Sequence record: AP025967.1
Source of the DNA: a plasmid
Reading direction: 5' to 3' (one strand)
DNA length: 64,000 nt
Each line of letters begins with the position of its first letter. Positions within the stretch are counted from its first letter, which is position 1. The translations under genes were made by a program, and so were the position numbers. This document shows, in pieces, positions 21,056-31,736 of this stretch. Below the pieces are notes generated by a model. That model did not search any database. It saw only the letters and a program-made list of their open reading frames with translations, and had not been told where the DNA came from.

Positions 21056-21226
21056 TATGCAAAAATAATTTCCAAGTTTTACTTCTGTAAAAATAAAATG
21101 TTCTTCATCGTTTTCGCAATAAAAAACAATATTAGAATACTCATTGGCTTTAAGTAGTAAATCTAAAATTTTCAAGTCTTCCTTTGAAATTTGTATGTGT
21201 AAATCTGTAATTTTGTTTGTATTCAT
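21047..21226 (-). CDS. small ORF (59 aa) truncated at island junction
   Basis: A strong AAGGAG RBS lies 7 nt before the ATG. The stop codon lies exactly at the GC/AT composition switch. Confidence 0.3.
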   Translation of the reverse strand: MNTNKITDLHIQISKEDLKILDLLLKANEYSNIVFYCENDEEHFIFTEVKLGNYFCINR

Positions 21227-21244
21227 TTTAACTCCTTGTATTTT

Positions 21245-22666
21245 TTAAACAGCTTTCAGGCTTTTTTCAACAAAATTTATAACTTCTTTATTTGCAAATT
21301 CATTATATTTTGCTTTGATTTCCTTAATTGCAAATTTATTTTTTCTTTTGAAAATTTCCAATGTATAAACTCCTCCTTCGTAATTTAAACTATAAATGGC
21401 ACTTAAGCCGTCTTCAATTTCTCTTCTTCTTGTATAAACGCAATTTTTTTGCTCCATTCCGTGCAAGTAAAGTTCTTTATGCGTTTCTATTAGTTTAAAT
21501 TCTTCTGGAAGTTTTAAATTGATAAAATCTTCTTTAATTTTAAGTTTTTTATTTTTTGGAATTTGTTTTTTTTCTAATTCTATCGTTAAAACATTATGTT
21601 CGTTTGTTATTCTATTTATAGAATTAATGTTAAGGTTAATTAAATTATTTGTTTCATAGCTTAATTTAATATAATCATTTATTAGTATATAAATTTCAAG
21701 AAATTCATTTTGATAGCTTTCTTTCTGTGGTTTTAATTTGTGATACAATAAAAATGAGGCAATATTAATAATTTTGTATTTTTTTCTTTTGTATTTTATT
21801 TTAATAAAATGCTCGTTGGCAAAATTATTATTAATAAAATCAATATAATCATATATTAATTTGTTATTCTCCAAAACAAATTTATACAATTTATTCTGTT
21901 CGTTTTTTGCAATAAAATTTAAAGAAATTGCAAAAGATAAAGCCAAGTGGATATCAAATTTATTTAGATTGAAATTAATTTTAGTATTTAATGATTTTTC
22001 TATAACTTCTTGAACGCTATGACAATTGATTAAAACATTAAAATCTATTCTTAAAAGCTTATATATTTCAAAAGAATGATTTTCTTTGATATTTTTAAAA
22101 TCTTTGGCAATATAAGGATTTATTTTTTCTAAATAGTTAAAATAATAATTTTTTAAAATATTATTTTCTAATAAAAAAACAAGATTAAAACCCTTGCTTT
22201 GAATTTTTCTATATTTAAAGGTAATTAAGCTATTATCTTTTTGTATGATGAAATGTTTTTTATTATAAATGTTACTAATATCAAAACTTTCTCTATCCAA
22301 TGAATTTATTTTAAAACTAAAAACAAGTTCCGTAAATGAAATTTCTTTATTTTCAAAATTTAATGCGTAAAAAATATTTTGATTAAATTCAAATTCACTA
22401 TAAGAAAAGTCAAAATTTATATCTTTGACTTTTTCTAGTATTTTTTGAGCGAATTCAAAAGTTTTTTTATGTGTCAAAAATATTCCATTAGCTATGCCAT
22501 ATTTTTTTATAATAAAAATATAATCTTTTGGAATGCTTTTAATAAAAAGCAAAAAATTTTCATCTTTTAACCATTCTTTTAAGGTTGTATTTTTAGTATT
22601 TTCAAAATCTAAAAACTCATAGCCATTAAGCAACAAGCATTGATTATATTTATTTTTTTCTTCCAT
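21245..22666 (-). CDS. hypothetical protein (473 aa), possibly PcfJ-like
   Basis: The C-terminal segment (HGMEQKNCVYTRR ... YSLNYEGGVYTLEI) resembles PcfJ-family conjugative-plasmid proteins. Confidence 0.4.
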   Translation of the reverse strand: MEEKNKYNQCLLLNGYEFLDFENTKNTTLKEWLKDENFLLFIKSIPKDYIFIIKKYGIANGIFLTHKKTFEFAQKILEKVKDINFDFSYSEFEFNQNIFYALNFENKEISFTELVFSFKINSLDRESFDISNIYNKKHFIIQKDNSLITFKYRKIQSKGFNLVFLLENNILKNYYFNYLEKINPYIAKDFKNIKENHSFEIYKLLRIDFNVLINCHSVQEVIEKSLNTKINFNLNKFDIHLALSFAISLNFIAKNEQNKLYKFVLENNKLIYDYIDFINNNFANEHFIKIKYKRKKYKIINIASFLLYHKLKPQKESYQNEFLEIYILINDYIKLSYETNNLINLNINSINRITNEHNVLTIELEKKQIPKNKKLKIKEDFINLKLPEEFKLIETHKELYLHGMEQKNCVYTRRREIEDGLSAIYSLNYEGGVYTLEIFKRKNKFAIKEIKAKYNEFANKEVINFVEKSLKAV

Positions 22667-22771
22667 AATTTACCTCCTCTCAAAAAATATTTTTACATAA
22701 TCATAAAATTCTTTATATTTGAAAAATATTATTTATTAATATTAATTAAAATAAATTAATATTTATTAATA

Positions 22772-24802
22772 TTATACATTTATTATTTTAGGTTTTCCAT
22801 TATCGTCATAATACATAGCCTTGCAACCTTGTTTAAATTCACTACAACCCCACCACCAACTATTACCATTTTTACTTTTTATTCTTTGTAAAAATCCTTT
22901 ATTGCATTGCGGACATTGAATTTTTGGTTTGTTTTCATTATCTAGTATTTTAAACTCTTGATTTTTATCAATTCTTTGAATTTCGCTAATTACTTCTTTT
23001 GTGATTTCTTCTAAGAATTGTTCTCTTCTTAATTCTGATATTTCTATCATTTTTTGTTGCTCAAACCACAATGCTGTCATGTCAGGAGTAATAAGTGATT
23101 TTGGAGAAAGTTTAATTAAATCTCTACCTTTTTTAGTGGATTTGATAATTTGTTTTTTATCTTTACTTACTTCTATATACTCTCTTTCAATTAATGTTTT
23201 TATATGATTAGATCTTGTTGCAGGTGTTCCTATACCACCACTTTCACCTTTTTTGTCTTTGTCTTTTTCAATCAGTAATTTTTTAATTCTTTCATCAGAC
23301 ACATACTTTGCGACACTATTTAAATCTTTAAGTAGCGTTGTCATAGTGTAGTAAGGGCGTGGCTTTGTTTGCTTTTTTTCAATTTGTATCAAAGAGCATT
23401 TTGCAATATCACCATTTTTTAAGATAGATAAATCGTTTATATCATTCTCATTATTTTCTTGTTCCTCTTCGCTATCTATATTTTGCCAAAGACTTCTAAA
23501 ACCACTTTTTGTTGTCTTGTTTTGAGTAGCGGTAAAAATTCTTTGATTTACTTCTAAATTAATTGTAGTAGTTTGATATTCTCTAGGATGAAAGAATTGG
23601 ATAATAAATCTTTTAGCGATTAGATTGTAAACGACTAATTCATCTTGAGTTAATTGCGATGAAATTTTATTTTGGGTAGGGATTATTCCATAGTGTGCTG
23701 AAATGTTAGCATCGTTAAAAGCCTTGCTTTTTATTGTTAAATCACTGCTAGCAATGAGAGCTTGAATTTCATCATTAGAATTTAAATTTTCCTTTATAAT
23801 ATTTAAAATATTTGGTGCTTGTTCAAACATTGTTTCAGGTAAATATTGACAATCTGATCTATTATAAGTTATAGCCTTATGTTTTTCTCTTAAATTTTGA
23901 GTGATTTCTAATGTTTTATCAGGGCTAAAACCAAAAAGTTTTGCACATTCAGCTTGTAAAACAAGTAGGTTATAAGGTAGCGGTGGATATTCTTTTTTGT
24001 TTTCTATTTTTAAATTAATTTTTGCATTTTGGTTTTCACAAGATTCTTTGATCTCTTTAGCTAAATTTTCATCTAAAATTTTATCTTCTGTTTTCAATCT
24101 TGCTTTAATAGTATTATTGTTGATATTAAAATCACCTAGCAAAGAATAATAATTTATACTTTTAAAATTTTCAAATTCTTTATCTCTATTAACTATAAGA
24201 GCCAAAATAGGCGTTTGAACTCTACCTACGCTTAAAATGCCCTCATATCCATTTTTTCGTGCCATTATGGTATACGCCCTAGTAAGATTTATGCCTACTA
24301 TCCAATCTGCTTGACTTCTTGCAAAACCTCTTTCGCTCATTCCTTTAAAATCTGCATTTGGCTTAATTTTTGCTATTTCTTCTTTTACTGCTTTTGGTGT
24401 TAAATCATTAATTAAAACCCTAAATACAGGTTTAGAAGTTTTGGAGTATTGAATAATTTCATCAACAAGAATTTGACCCTCATCATCCGCATCCCCACAA
24501 TTTACAATAGAAGTAATCTTGTCGCTATGGATTAAATCGCAAATAATTTTTAATTGTTTTTTACTTTCTTTTTTGGGTAAGTATTTAAATTCTTTAATGG
24601 GTAGTGGTAAGTCTTCAAGTTTCCATAACTTATATTTTTCATCATATTCTTCAGGTTTAGCAAGCTCTAGAATATGTCCAAAAGCCCAAGTAACAATATT
24701 ATCACCTTTTTGTATATATCCTTCTCCGCTTTTATAATTGCCATCTAGTCCTTCTGCAATTGCTTTACCAAGTTCGGGTTTTTCAGCTATAAATAATCTC
24801 AT
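22772..24802 (-). CDS. topB: DNA topoisomerase III
   Basis: Toprim N-terminus (MRLFIAEKPELGKAIAEGL, GDADDEGQ). Carries the type IA core. The C-terminal CPQCNKG...WWWGCSEF region is a zinc ribbon. Confidence 0.85.
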   Translation of the reverse strand: MRLFIAEKPELGKAIAEGLDGNYKSGEGYIQKGDNIVTWAFGHILELAKPEEYDEKYKLWKLEDLPLPIKEFKYLPKKESKKQLKIICDLIHSDKITSIVNCGDADDEGQILVDEIIQYSKTSKPVFRVLINDLTPKAVKEEIAKIKPNADFKGMSERGFARSQADWIVGINLTRAYTIMARKNGYEGILSVGRVQTPILALIVNRDKEFENFKSINYYSLLGDFNINNNTIKARLKTEDKILDENLAKEIKESCENQNAKINLKIENKKEYPPLPYNLLVLQAECAKLFGFSPDKTLEITQNLREKHKAITYNRSDCQYLPETMFEQAPNILNIIKENLNSNDEIQALIASSDLTIKSKAFNDANISAHYGIIPTQNKISSQLTQDELVVYNLIAKRFIIQFFHPREYQTTTINLEVNQRIFTATQNKTTKSGFRSLWQNIDSEEEQENNENDINDLSILKNGDIAKCSLIQIEKKQTKPRPYYTMTTLLKDLNSVAKYVSDERIKKLLIEKDKDKKGESGGIGTPATRSNHIKTLIEREYIEVSKDKKQIIKSTKKGRDLIKLSPKSLITPDMTALWFEQQKMIEISELRREQFLEEITKEVISEIQRIDKNQEFKILDNENKPKIQCPQCNKGFLQRIKSKNGNSWWWGCSEFKQGCKAMYYDDNGKPKIINV

Positions 24803-25037
24803 TTTTGCCTTTCAAAAATCTTATCTTATTGTTTGCTATATTATTAATAAATATTAGAAAATAATAGTTATTAATGTTATATATTATTAATTTAAATATA
24901 CTATTTTAAAGATATTGATATTTTTTTGCTATCGATTTTTCTATAGTTTGATTTTTTGTAAAACTACTCATCTTGTCAAAAAATAACTTTTAAATTTGTT
25001 ATTTATAGTTACTATTAATAAATAATAATAACTATAA

Positions 25038-25062
25038 ATATGCACCTTTATGAGGTGCATAT
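25038..25062. terminator. 10-bp perfect hairpin after the 206-aa gene
   Basis: ATATGCACCT-ttatg-AGGTGCATAT, with T-rich flanks on both strands. Confidence 0.35.
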
Positions 25063-25064
25063 TT

Positions 25065-25685
25065 TTATCTTCCAAACTCTTGGTTTTGAGTTTTTTCAGG
25101 CTCTTTAATTTCTTGAGTTTGCTGTATTTGTTGTTCTTGTTTTTGTGCTTTCATTTCAGCTTCATTAACAATTCTAATTCCAGCATTTGAAATTACAGCT
25201 ATAAACTCATTACCTTTTTCTTTAAGTTCCTGTTTTAATTCTTCATTGTAAAGCCTTACATTAGTTTCTAAATAGTGACTTTTAGTTCCATCTTGGTTTT
25301 GGTGTTCTATAATCCCAATTCCTTCAATTAATTCTTTTGCAGCTTCTCGCTTTTGATTAATTGTATAGTAAAAATAACCTTGCTCATTTATGTTAGAGTT
25401 GATATATATGAAATCATCTCTATTTTGTGAATTTGTAGGTTTTAAAACTATATTGTGAGTTTTTTCATCTCTATTAACAAAATAGTTTTTCCACTCATCA
25501 TTTATTTTTGCTGAAAAAAGCACAGCTCCGTGTTCCATTGCAGCAACTTGTCCAGCTTCTTTAATAACATCGATTAAAGCAGTATCTACTTTTCTTTGTT
25601 GAATATCACCTTCTTTATTCTTGTAGTTTAAAGCATTATTGGTATCAATAACAATCTTATCATTTACTAATTTTCCAAATGCCAT
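25065..25685 (-). CDS. hypothetical protein (206 aa)
   Basis: Intact ORF with a Gln/Glu-rich C-terminus. Confidence 0.4.
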   Translation of the reverse strand: MAFGKLVNDKIVIDTNNALNYKNKEGDIQQRKVDTALIDVIKEAGQVAAMEHGAVLFSAKINDEWKNYFVNRDEKTHNIVLKPTNSQNRDDFIYINSNINEQGYFYYTINQKREAAKELIEGIGIIEHQNQDGTKSHYLETNVRLYNEELKQELKEKGNEFIAVISNAGIRIVNEAEMKAQKQEQQIQQTQEIKEPEKTQNQEFGR

Positions 25686-25755
25686 TTTTTCTCCTTTTTA
25701 AATTTTTTATGATTTGTTTTTGTTTTTTGCATTTTTTTGTATATAATTGTTCTGT

Positions 25756-26577
25756 TCATTCACCTCCTTGTAGTGTGATTTGAATACTATTTTTATTCTC
25801 ATTGAAAATAGTTTTTTTGTTTTTTGCAAAGCTCAAGGTAAAGCTTCCTTTACTATTTTCATCAATAGAGATAGTGGCTAAACCTTGAGTGATTGTGCTT
25901 ACTCTTTCTTTTAAATTGTTATATTCTGAATATTTTATATAAGTAAGCAAAATTAAAATGCCAAGAGCTATACCTAACCCTATAGAAGTAAAACTAAAAA
26001 ATATAAGATACCATTTTGTATTTTTTGTCATTTTTGTAAAAATTTCTGAAAATGTATTCAATTTTTGTTTTCCATCTTCAACAAAATGATCAAGAAAAGT
26101 ATTATAATTTTTTGCATTATGAGAAAGTTTATATTCTACTATTTCGCAAAATTTATTAATTTGCTCGTTATATTGTTTAAGTTTATCATCCAATGATATT
26201 TTTTGAATTTCATTAGCAAATTTAGCAAAATCTTCCATTGTTTTTTTAATAGAAATGGTTTTATTAATAATTTCTTTCTCTTCATCATTAGGAGGATTTT
26301 TAAAATAAGAAATAAGAGCTAAATAGGTATTATCTAGCTCTATAATATTGCTTTCTAAATCTTTAAAAATACCATCTTCTGTATTATTTTGTGCATTTTG
26401 CTTACCAACATTAATTTTAGCAATAATTATTTTTATAAGATTTTCAAATTTTTCCAATAATTCATTATAGTTTTGCATAGCTATATTTTTTGAATTATCT
26501 TCATTAACTATTTCAAAAAGATTATTTTCGTTAGAATTAATTTCTTCATTCATTGTTATTTCTCGTTTATCCAGCAA
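25756..26577 (-). CDS. coiled-coil protein with C-terminal TM anchor
   Basis: One hydrophobic helix (YLIFFSFTSIGLGIALGILILL). Overlaps the upstream gene. Confidence 0.4.
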   Translation of the reverse strand: MLDKREITMNEEINSNENNLFEIVNEDNSKNIAMQNYNELLEKFENLIKIIIAKINVGKQNAQNNTEDGIFKDLESNIIELDNTYLALISYFKNPPNDEEKEIINKTISIKKTMEDFAKFANEIQKISLDDKLKQYNEQINKFCEIVEYKLSHNAKNYNTFLDHFVEDGKQKLNTFSEIFTKMTKNTKWYLIFFSFTSIGLGIALGILILLTYIKYSEYNNLKERVSTITQGLATISIDENSKGSFTLSFAKNKKTIFNENKNSIQITLQGGE

Positions 26578-27320
26578 TCTTTTTTAATAATTATTTTTTG
26601 ATAATAAGCAATATCGATTCTATAATACTTGCCAAATCCTTCTTGTTTTCTTTTATTAGCAGGTAGTTTAATAAATTCTCCATAACTTATAGGAGTTAAT
26701 TTTTCTCCTTGTTCTCTTTGCGATACAGGTAAAGCATTATAAATTTCTTGTGATACTTCTTTTAATTCATAACCTCTTTCCCAATCTTTTTGCTCATAAA
26801 ATTTCTTATCGCAAGTATATTTTAAATGATAATCTGTGTATTTTGATGAAGCTAAAAGTTTGCAAGAGTTTGTAAGTTCAGGATTTATTCTAAATCCATA
26901 AGTTTTTATTTCTACGCATTCTCTTGATCCATTATGCCCACCACCAGTGCATATTTTTTCAACTTTTAAAGGTTGTTTTGATTTTTCAATTCTTTGATTT
27001 AATGCAGTTGTAGAGCATTCTCCATCTAAGTTAACTAAAATATCATTTTTATATTTATACATTTCTGGATCATTTGTTGTGTCAATAGGACACAAATTTA
27101 AAAATTCTTTCCTTGCTTGGATAGTTTTCCAAGGTTTTTTAAAGTGAATGCTAAAATATTTTGCTAAAGAAGATGCACATTCAGGTGGTTTAACTGGACT
27201 TGCTAAACAAAGAATTACTTCGCAAGAAGTTCTAGTATCACCAGATAGTAATTGCAAATCTAAAGCATTAACACTATTTATTACACCAAAAACACAAAAT
27301 GGGAATAATATTTTTTTCAT
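26556..27320 (-). CDS. exported Cys-rich protein (T4SS-associated, TrbM-like?)
   Basis: Has a signal peptide (MKKILFPFCVFGVINSVNA) and multiple Cys pairs. Confidence 0.4.
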   Translation of the reverse strand: MKKILFPFCVFGVINSVNALDLQLLSGDTRTSCEVILCLASPVKPPECASSLAKYFSIHFKKPWKTIQARKEFLNLCPIDTTNDPEMYKYKNDILVNLDGECSTTALNQRIEKSKQPLKVEKICTGGGHNGSRECVEIKTYGFRINPELTNSCKLLASSKYTDYHLKYTCDKKFYEQKDWERGYELKEVSQEIYNALPVSQREQGEKLTPISYGEFIKLPANKRKQEGFGKYYRIDIAYYQKIIIKKDCWINEK

Positions 27321-27331
27321 TTTTCTCTCCT

Positions 27332-27769
27332 TTAAAAATTTGTTTTATTAAAAAATAAAATATTAACTTTGTTAAAATCACGCTCAATAGGATTGACAGG
27401 CTGTAATTCTATAGGTGCTAAAACTTGATTTTTTTCAAAGTATTGCTTATATTGTTCAATTAAATCTTTTCTACCTACTAAAATGATTTTTGTAGAATTG
27501 TGTGCGAGTAAAAAAGTTTTAGTAATAAGATCATTTTTAATAAAATCATCATCTATAGTTTTTTTCTCAACCACGATATGATAAGTCCAATTAAATCCGC
27601 TCAAATAAGGATCTTTAGGAACAAAGCTATATTTTTTCTCCAAAATAGAATTATTGATACTCAATGCAGAATTATCATCCAATTCTTTTGGTTTTGGGGC
27701 TGTAGAACAACCCACCATTATAAAAACTAAAGCCATTATGGCTAAATTGTCAAGCGATTTTTTTATCAT
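27332..27769 (-). CDS. lipoprotein (T4SS-associated)
   Basis: Lipobox VGCS. Overlaps the virD4 end. Confidence 0.45.
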   Translation of the reverse strand: MIKKSLDNLAIMALVFIMVGCSTAPKPKELDDNSALSINNSILEKKYSFVPKDPYLSGFNWTYHIVVEKKTIDDDFIKNDLITKTFLLAHNSTKIILVGRKDLIEQYKQYFEKNQVLAPIELQPVNPIERDFNKVNILFFNKTNF

Positions 27770-29561
27770 TGTTTTCTCCTATAATTTGAATTTTTACTTT
27801 ACATTCTCCCTTTAAGATCGCATCTTCTAATTGTTTGCGTGAAGGGATTTTTCTTATTGTTGATAAACTTTTCGAAACAGCTTTAAATTTATCCATAAAA
27901 TAAGAATCTGAATAATAAAATGCTTTATTGCATAAAATAGGTTTTCCGCTATCAATAGTAATTAGTTCATTTTCAAAAGGCATTTCTCTAAGTTCTTGTG
28001 GCAACATTAAAGCCCTACTTGCTTCGCTAATACTATGTGATCCACCTCCATTATTGCCTGTATTAATACTTCTTGATTTTGTTTTAAAAGTAGTATTTCC
28101 TAAAATCCTAGAGATAGCTTCTGCGTCTTCTTGCTCTCTTGGTGCATAGAAAATCTGACAAGCATGATTTGTTAAGAGTGTTTTAGCTCCTTCTTTTCCA
28201 TAGCCCAAAGGCGGTTGTGTTTCAAGTTGTGAATTTGATTGATAAATCATCAAAGATCTTAACCAATAACCAGCCATAAAACTGATTGCTGATTGATAGA
28301 TAGGAATTCTACCAGGTGCAGTAAATTCATCCATAACCATTAAACAAGTATATTTTAAATCTTTATTGCTTTGTGGCAATTCTTTGGTGTTTAATAAAAT
28401 AAGTTGCGACCAAAAAATATTTAAAATAAATTGTGCATTTGCTAATTGATCAGGCGTAATTCCTATATAAATTGTCATTTTCTTTTTACGCAAATCTCGC
28501 AAATCAAAATCGCTTGTTTCTGTGCTTAATCTTAATGTTTCACTTTCAAATGGCACAAGCGGAGCATTAAAAGAGCTCATTACACCTGATTTAGTAGCAT
28601 CTGAGTTAATATTAAAATAAGTTTCTAAACGCCTTATGGTTGCTTCATCTAAAACTTCACAATAAGATAAGAAATTGTATGTATCATCAAAACCTTTTAA
28701 AGTTTTTCCTTCATTTTTAAGTGAGAAACCTTTTGAGAGTTGCAAAATATTGTAAAAGTTAAATTCTCCTACATTAATATCAAACGCACTTTGAAATTCT
28801 TTTCCATAATCGGTTAATTGTAAATCACGCCATAAATAACAAAGCCCAATAAATAAGTTTTGTGCTAAGCCATTGAAAAATTTTGAGGTAGAATCCCCAT
28901 CTTGTGGGTAGAGTATGTTACCTAAATCCATTAATTGACTATCGCAATGCTCTTTATCACTCATATCAATATAAGTTAAAGGATTATAGCGATGTGTCTG
29001 TCTTGAAAATGGATTGAATAAATAAACTTCTTGTCCTAAAATCTCTTTTCTATATTTGCTTGTATAGTCAAAACATTCTTGTTTAATATCTTGAACAACA
29101 GCACTTTCTCGCCACTCTAACAAGTTTGGTATTACTATACCTACGCCTTTACCACTTCTTGTGGGTGCTCCTAAGGCTACAAATTGCTGACCGCTAAATC
29201 TTAAAATCTTTCCCTTGTATTTTCCGATAATTATTCCATTATCTGAAAATAAATTCATTTTTTTAATTTCATTAAAATTTGCAAATCTAGCTTCGCCAAA
29301 TTGAGATTTTTTGGCTTTTAAAGATAACACCAAAATAGAAAAAACAACAAAACAAATGCCAAAAGTAATACCTAAAGAAAGCCATATTTTTGGATAACCA
29401 TTAGAGATTGCTTGTAGCGTAAAATTTATGTTATAAATTTCAATCGCTTTCATTATTTTTACTTTATTTAAAAAGAAAAAAACAATGGGCGTTATTAAGT
29501 AAGTGAGAATAAAACTCGCTATAGCAAGAAAAATCATTTGAATGCTTTTATTATTTTGCAT
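27750..29561 (-). CDS. virD4: type IV coupling protein VirD4/TraG
   Basis: N-terminal TM helices, Walker A motif GAPTRSGKG, 603 aa. Confidence 0.85.
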   Translation of the reverse strand: MQNNKSIQMIFLAIASFILTYLITPIVFFFLNKVKIMKAIEIYNINFTLQAISNGYPKIWLSLGITFGICFVVFSILVLSLKAKKSQFGEARFANFNEIKKMNLFSDNGIIIGKYKGKILRFSGQQFVALGAPTRSGKGVGIVIPNLLEWRESAVVQDIKQECFDYTSKYRKEILGQEVYLFNPFSRQTHRYNPLTYIDMSDKEHCDSQLMDLGNILYPQDGDSTSKFFNGLAQNLFIGLCYLWRDLQLTDYGKEFQSAFDINVGEFNFYNILQLSKGFSLKNEGKTLKGFDDTYNFLSYCEVLDEATIRRLETYFNINSDATKSGVMSSFNAPLVPFESETLRLSTETSDFDLRDLRKKKMTIYIGITPDQLANAQFILNIFWSQLILLNTKELPQSNKDLKYTCLMVMDEFTAPGRIPIYQSAISFMAGYWLRSLMIYQSNSQLETQPPLGYGKEGAKTLLTNHACQIFYAPREQEDAEAISRILGNTTFKTKSRSINTGNNGGGSHSISEASRALMLPQELREMPFENELITIDSGKPILCNKAFYYSDSYFMDKFKAVSKSLSTIRKIPSRKQLEDAILKGECKVKIQIIGENNDKKIA

Positions 29562-30554
29562 TTATCTCTCCATTTCTTTAAAATAAATGCCGCTAATACG
29601 CCTTTTTCCATGATGAGCATGGATATGCACGACAATATCTATTAAGTCTTTAAGTGTTTTTTGGATAATTTCAAAAGGCACGCATTGACCTTGTGGATTT
29701 TGTAGAGTCATTAAAGCAAGTCGTGTAAATGTTTCTTCGGGGCTTCCTGCATGGCAACTTGTGATACTTCCACCATGACCACTAGCTAAAACATTAATAA
29801 AATCATAAGTTTCAGCACCTCTAAGCTCTGCTAGTAAAATCCTATCAGGCTTCATTCTTAAACAAGATTTTAAAAGTGTTGCAGAATTTAAAAAATCTGT
29901 ACTTTTTGCTTCGCTAGGATAGAATAATTGCACGAAATTTTTGTGTTCATAGAATTTGATTTCTTCAACATCTTCTATTGTGATAATCCTATCATCAAGG
30001 CTTATAAAATCAATAAGAGTTTTCATAAAGGTAGTTTTACCGCTTCCTGTTTCACCAGCGATAATAATATTTTTACCATAGCTAACAGCTTTGGATATAA
30101 AATTTTGATAATCTCTTGCTTCATATAGCTTGATTAATTCTTCATCGCTTGGTTTGATTTTATTCTTATCATCAGGATTTAAATCTTCAAAAAGTCCGCT
30201 TTTAATATGATCTTCCATTTTAAAGCGAGTTTTGCTTGGCTTTCTAATAGTAATTGAAATGTGTTCGCTTTTTGTAGCAGGAGGAATAACAATTTGCATA
30301 CGCTCTCCACCTACTAGAATACAACTAAGAATAGGGCGTGATACATCTATTTTATCTTTTTTGAATGAGGCTGAAGCAGTTGCAAAATGTCCAGCTTGTT
30401 CAAAATCAAGTTTAGTATCTATACATTCCCATAATCCTTTAGAGTTTTGTACCCAAATTTTATTATCGCCGTTATAGCAGATTTCATTGATATTATCATC
30501 TTTTAAAAATTCTCCAAAAAATTTTTGAGTATATTTATCTAGCGTTATTGACAT
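29562..30554 (-). CDS. virB11: T4SS ATPase VirB11
   Basis: Walker A motif GETGSGKTT. The likely start is MSITLDKY, overlapping the virB10 3' end. Confidence 0.85.
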   Translation of the reverse strand: MSITLDKYTQKFFGEFLKDDNINEICYNGDNKIWVQNSKGLWECIDTKLDFEQAGHFATASASFKKDKIDVSRPILSCILVGGERMQIVIPPATKSEHISITIRKPSKTRFKMEDHIKSGLFEDLNPDDKNKIKPSDEELIKLYEARDYQNFISKAVSYGKNIIIAGETGSGKTTFMKTLIDFISLDDRIITIEDVEEIKFYEHKNFVQLFYPSEAKSTDFLNSATLLKSCLRMKPDRILLAELRGAETYDFINVLASGHGGSITSCHAGSPEETFTRLALMTLQNPQGQCVPFEIIQKTLKDLIDIVVHIHAHHGKRRISGIYFKEMER

Positions 30555-31731
30555 TCTTTTTCCTTGTAAGTTTATAAACTTTTGAAAAATCAATATCACG
30601 ATTAACATAAACACCGACCAAATCACCTTGATTTTTATAAAGTGTAGGTTTAATATCAATCATTTTTTCTAGTGCTGTATTTGCGATTTCTTTTGCAGAA
30701 TCTCTTGTATTTTCAGTGTAATTGGCATAATTATTTTTATTATCTTTACCTGCAATTTGATCCGCTAAGATAGCCAGTGAATCATCTATCATTGATAGTA
30801 AAACAGCAGAGCCAAATCGTTTTAAGTAATGATGATCTACCCAACCTTGAACGCCACTTGCACCTAATTCATCGGTAGCACCTGAATAAACAGGGATAAT
30901 GATATTGTTCGGTGTTCTAATTTCTTGCCAAATTACAAATAATCTATCCATTCCATCATCCATTTGTCCAGTATTAAAAGTTCCTGTAATAGTGCTACCT
31001 TTTTCAATTAAAAGAGTATTTCCATTAGCAGAATAGACATCATTTGATACAATACAAGCGATTCCACCTTTAATAGAACTTACCAATCTTGTTTTTAAAG
31101 CACAGCCTATATAAGTTCCTTTAGGTAATAGTAAATTTTGATCAAATTCGCTAACTTTAGCGATTGTGGGAGTGAAGACCTCTCCAACAAAATCTCCACT
31201 ACTACCACCTTGTAAATTATTAGAGTTTTGTAAAGTACCATTTTGTCCAAACTCAAACACTGTGTTAGGTTTTTCTCCAAATTCTTCCCTGTTTCCTGTG
31301 CCATTATTTCCAAATCCATCATTATTAGATGAAGCGACAACAGTAACTCCTGCACCTTTAACAATTCTAGGCTTTGGAGGTTTTGGTTCAAGTATTAAAT
31401 CTTGTGTCGGTTTTGGTGATTCTTGTGCAATTAGTTCATCAAATGTTTTTTGTGGAGGAGGTGGAATAAATTCCTTTGTTTTAACACTTTGTGCCAAATC
31501 TTTATTATCTTCTTTTTGTACTTCTTCGGTAGTTGTATTGCTACTTAAAAATGATTTTAAAAAATAAACTAATATTAAAACTAATAATAACCCACCCACA
31601 GCAAAAATTACATAAGCTTGTATCTTTCTAAGATGATTTTTTTGATCGTGTAAATCACTTGTATGATTTTCAAAATCATTGTCTAAATTATCTTGTTCTT
31701 TATCTTGCATACTTATTCCTTTTAGTTTCAT
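30535..31731 (-). CDS. virB10: T4SS VirB10
   Basis: N-terminal TM helix, Pro-rich linker, conserved C-terminal beta domain. Confidence 0.8.
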   Translation of the reverse strand: MKLKGISMQDKEQDNLDNDFENHTSDLHDQKNHLRKIQAYVIFAVGGLLLVLILVYFLKSFLSSNTTTEEVQKEDNKDLAQSVKTKEFIPPPPQKTFDELIAQESPKPTQDLILEPKPPKPRIVKGAGVTVVASSNNDGFGNNGTGNREEFGEKPNTVFEFGQNGTLQNSNNLQGGSSGDFVGEVFTPTIAKVSEFDQNLLLPKGTYIGCALKTRLVSSIKGGIACIVSNDVYSANGNTLLIEKGSTITGTFNTGQMDDGMDRLFVIWQEIRTPNNIIIPVYSGATDELGASGVQGWVDHHYLKRFGSAVLLSMIDDSLAILADQIAGKDNKNNYANYTENTRDSAKEIANTALEKMIDIKPTLYKNQGDLVGVYVNRDIDFSKVYKLTRKKNVNNAR

Positions 31732-31736
31732 TCGCT

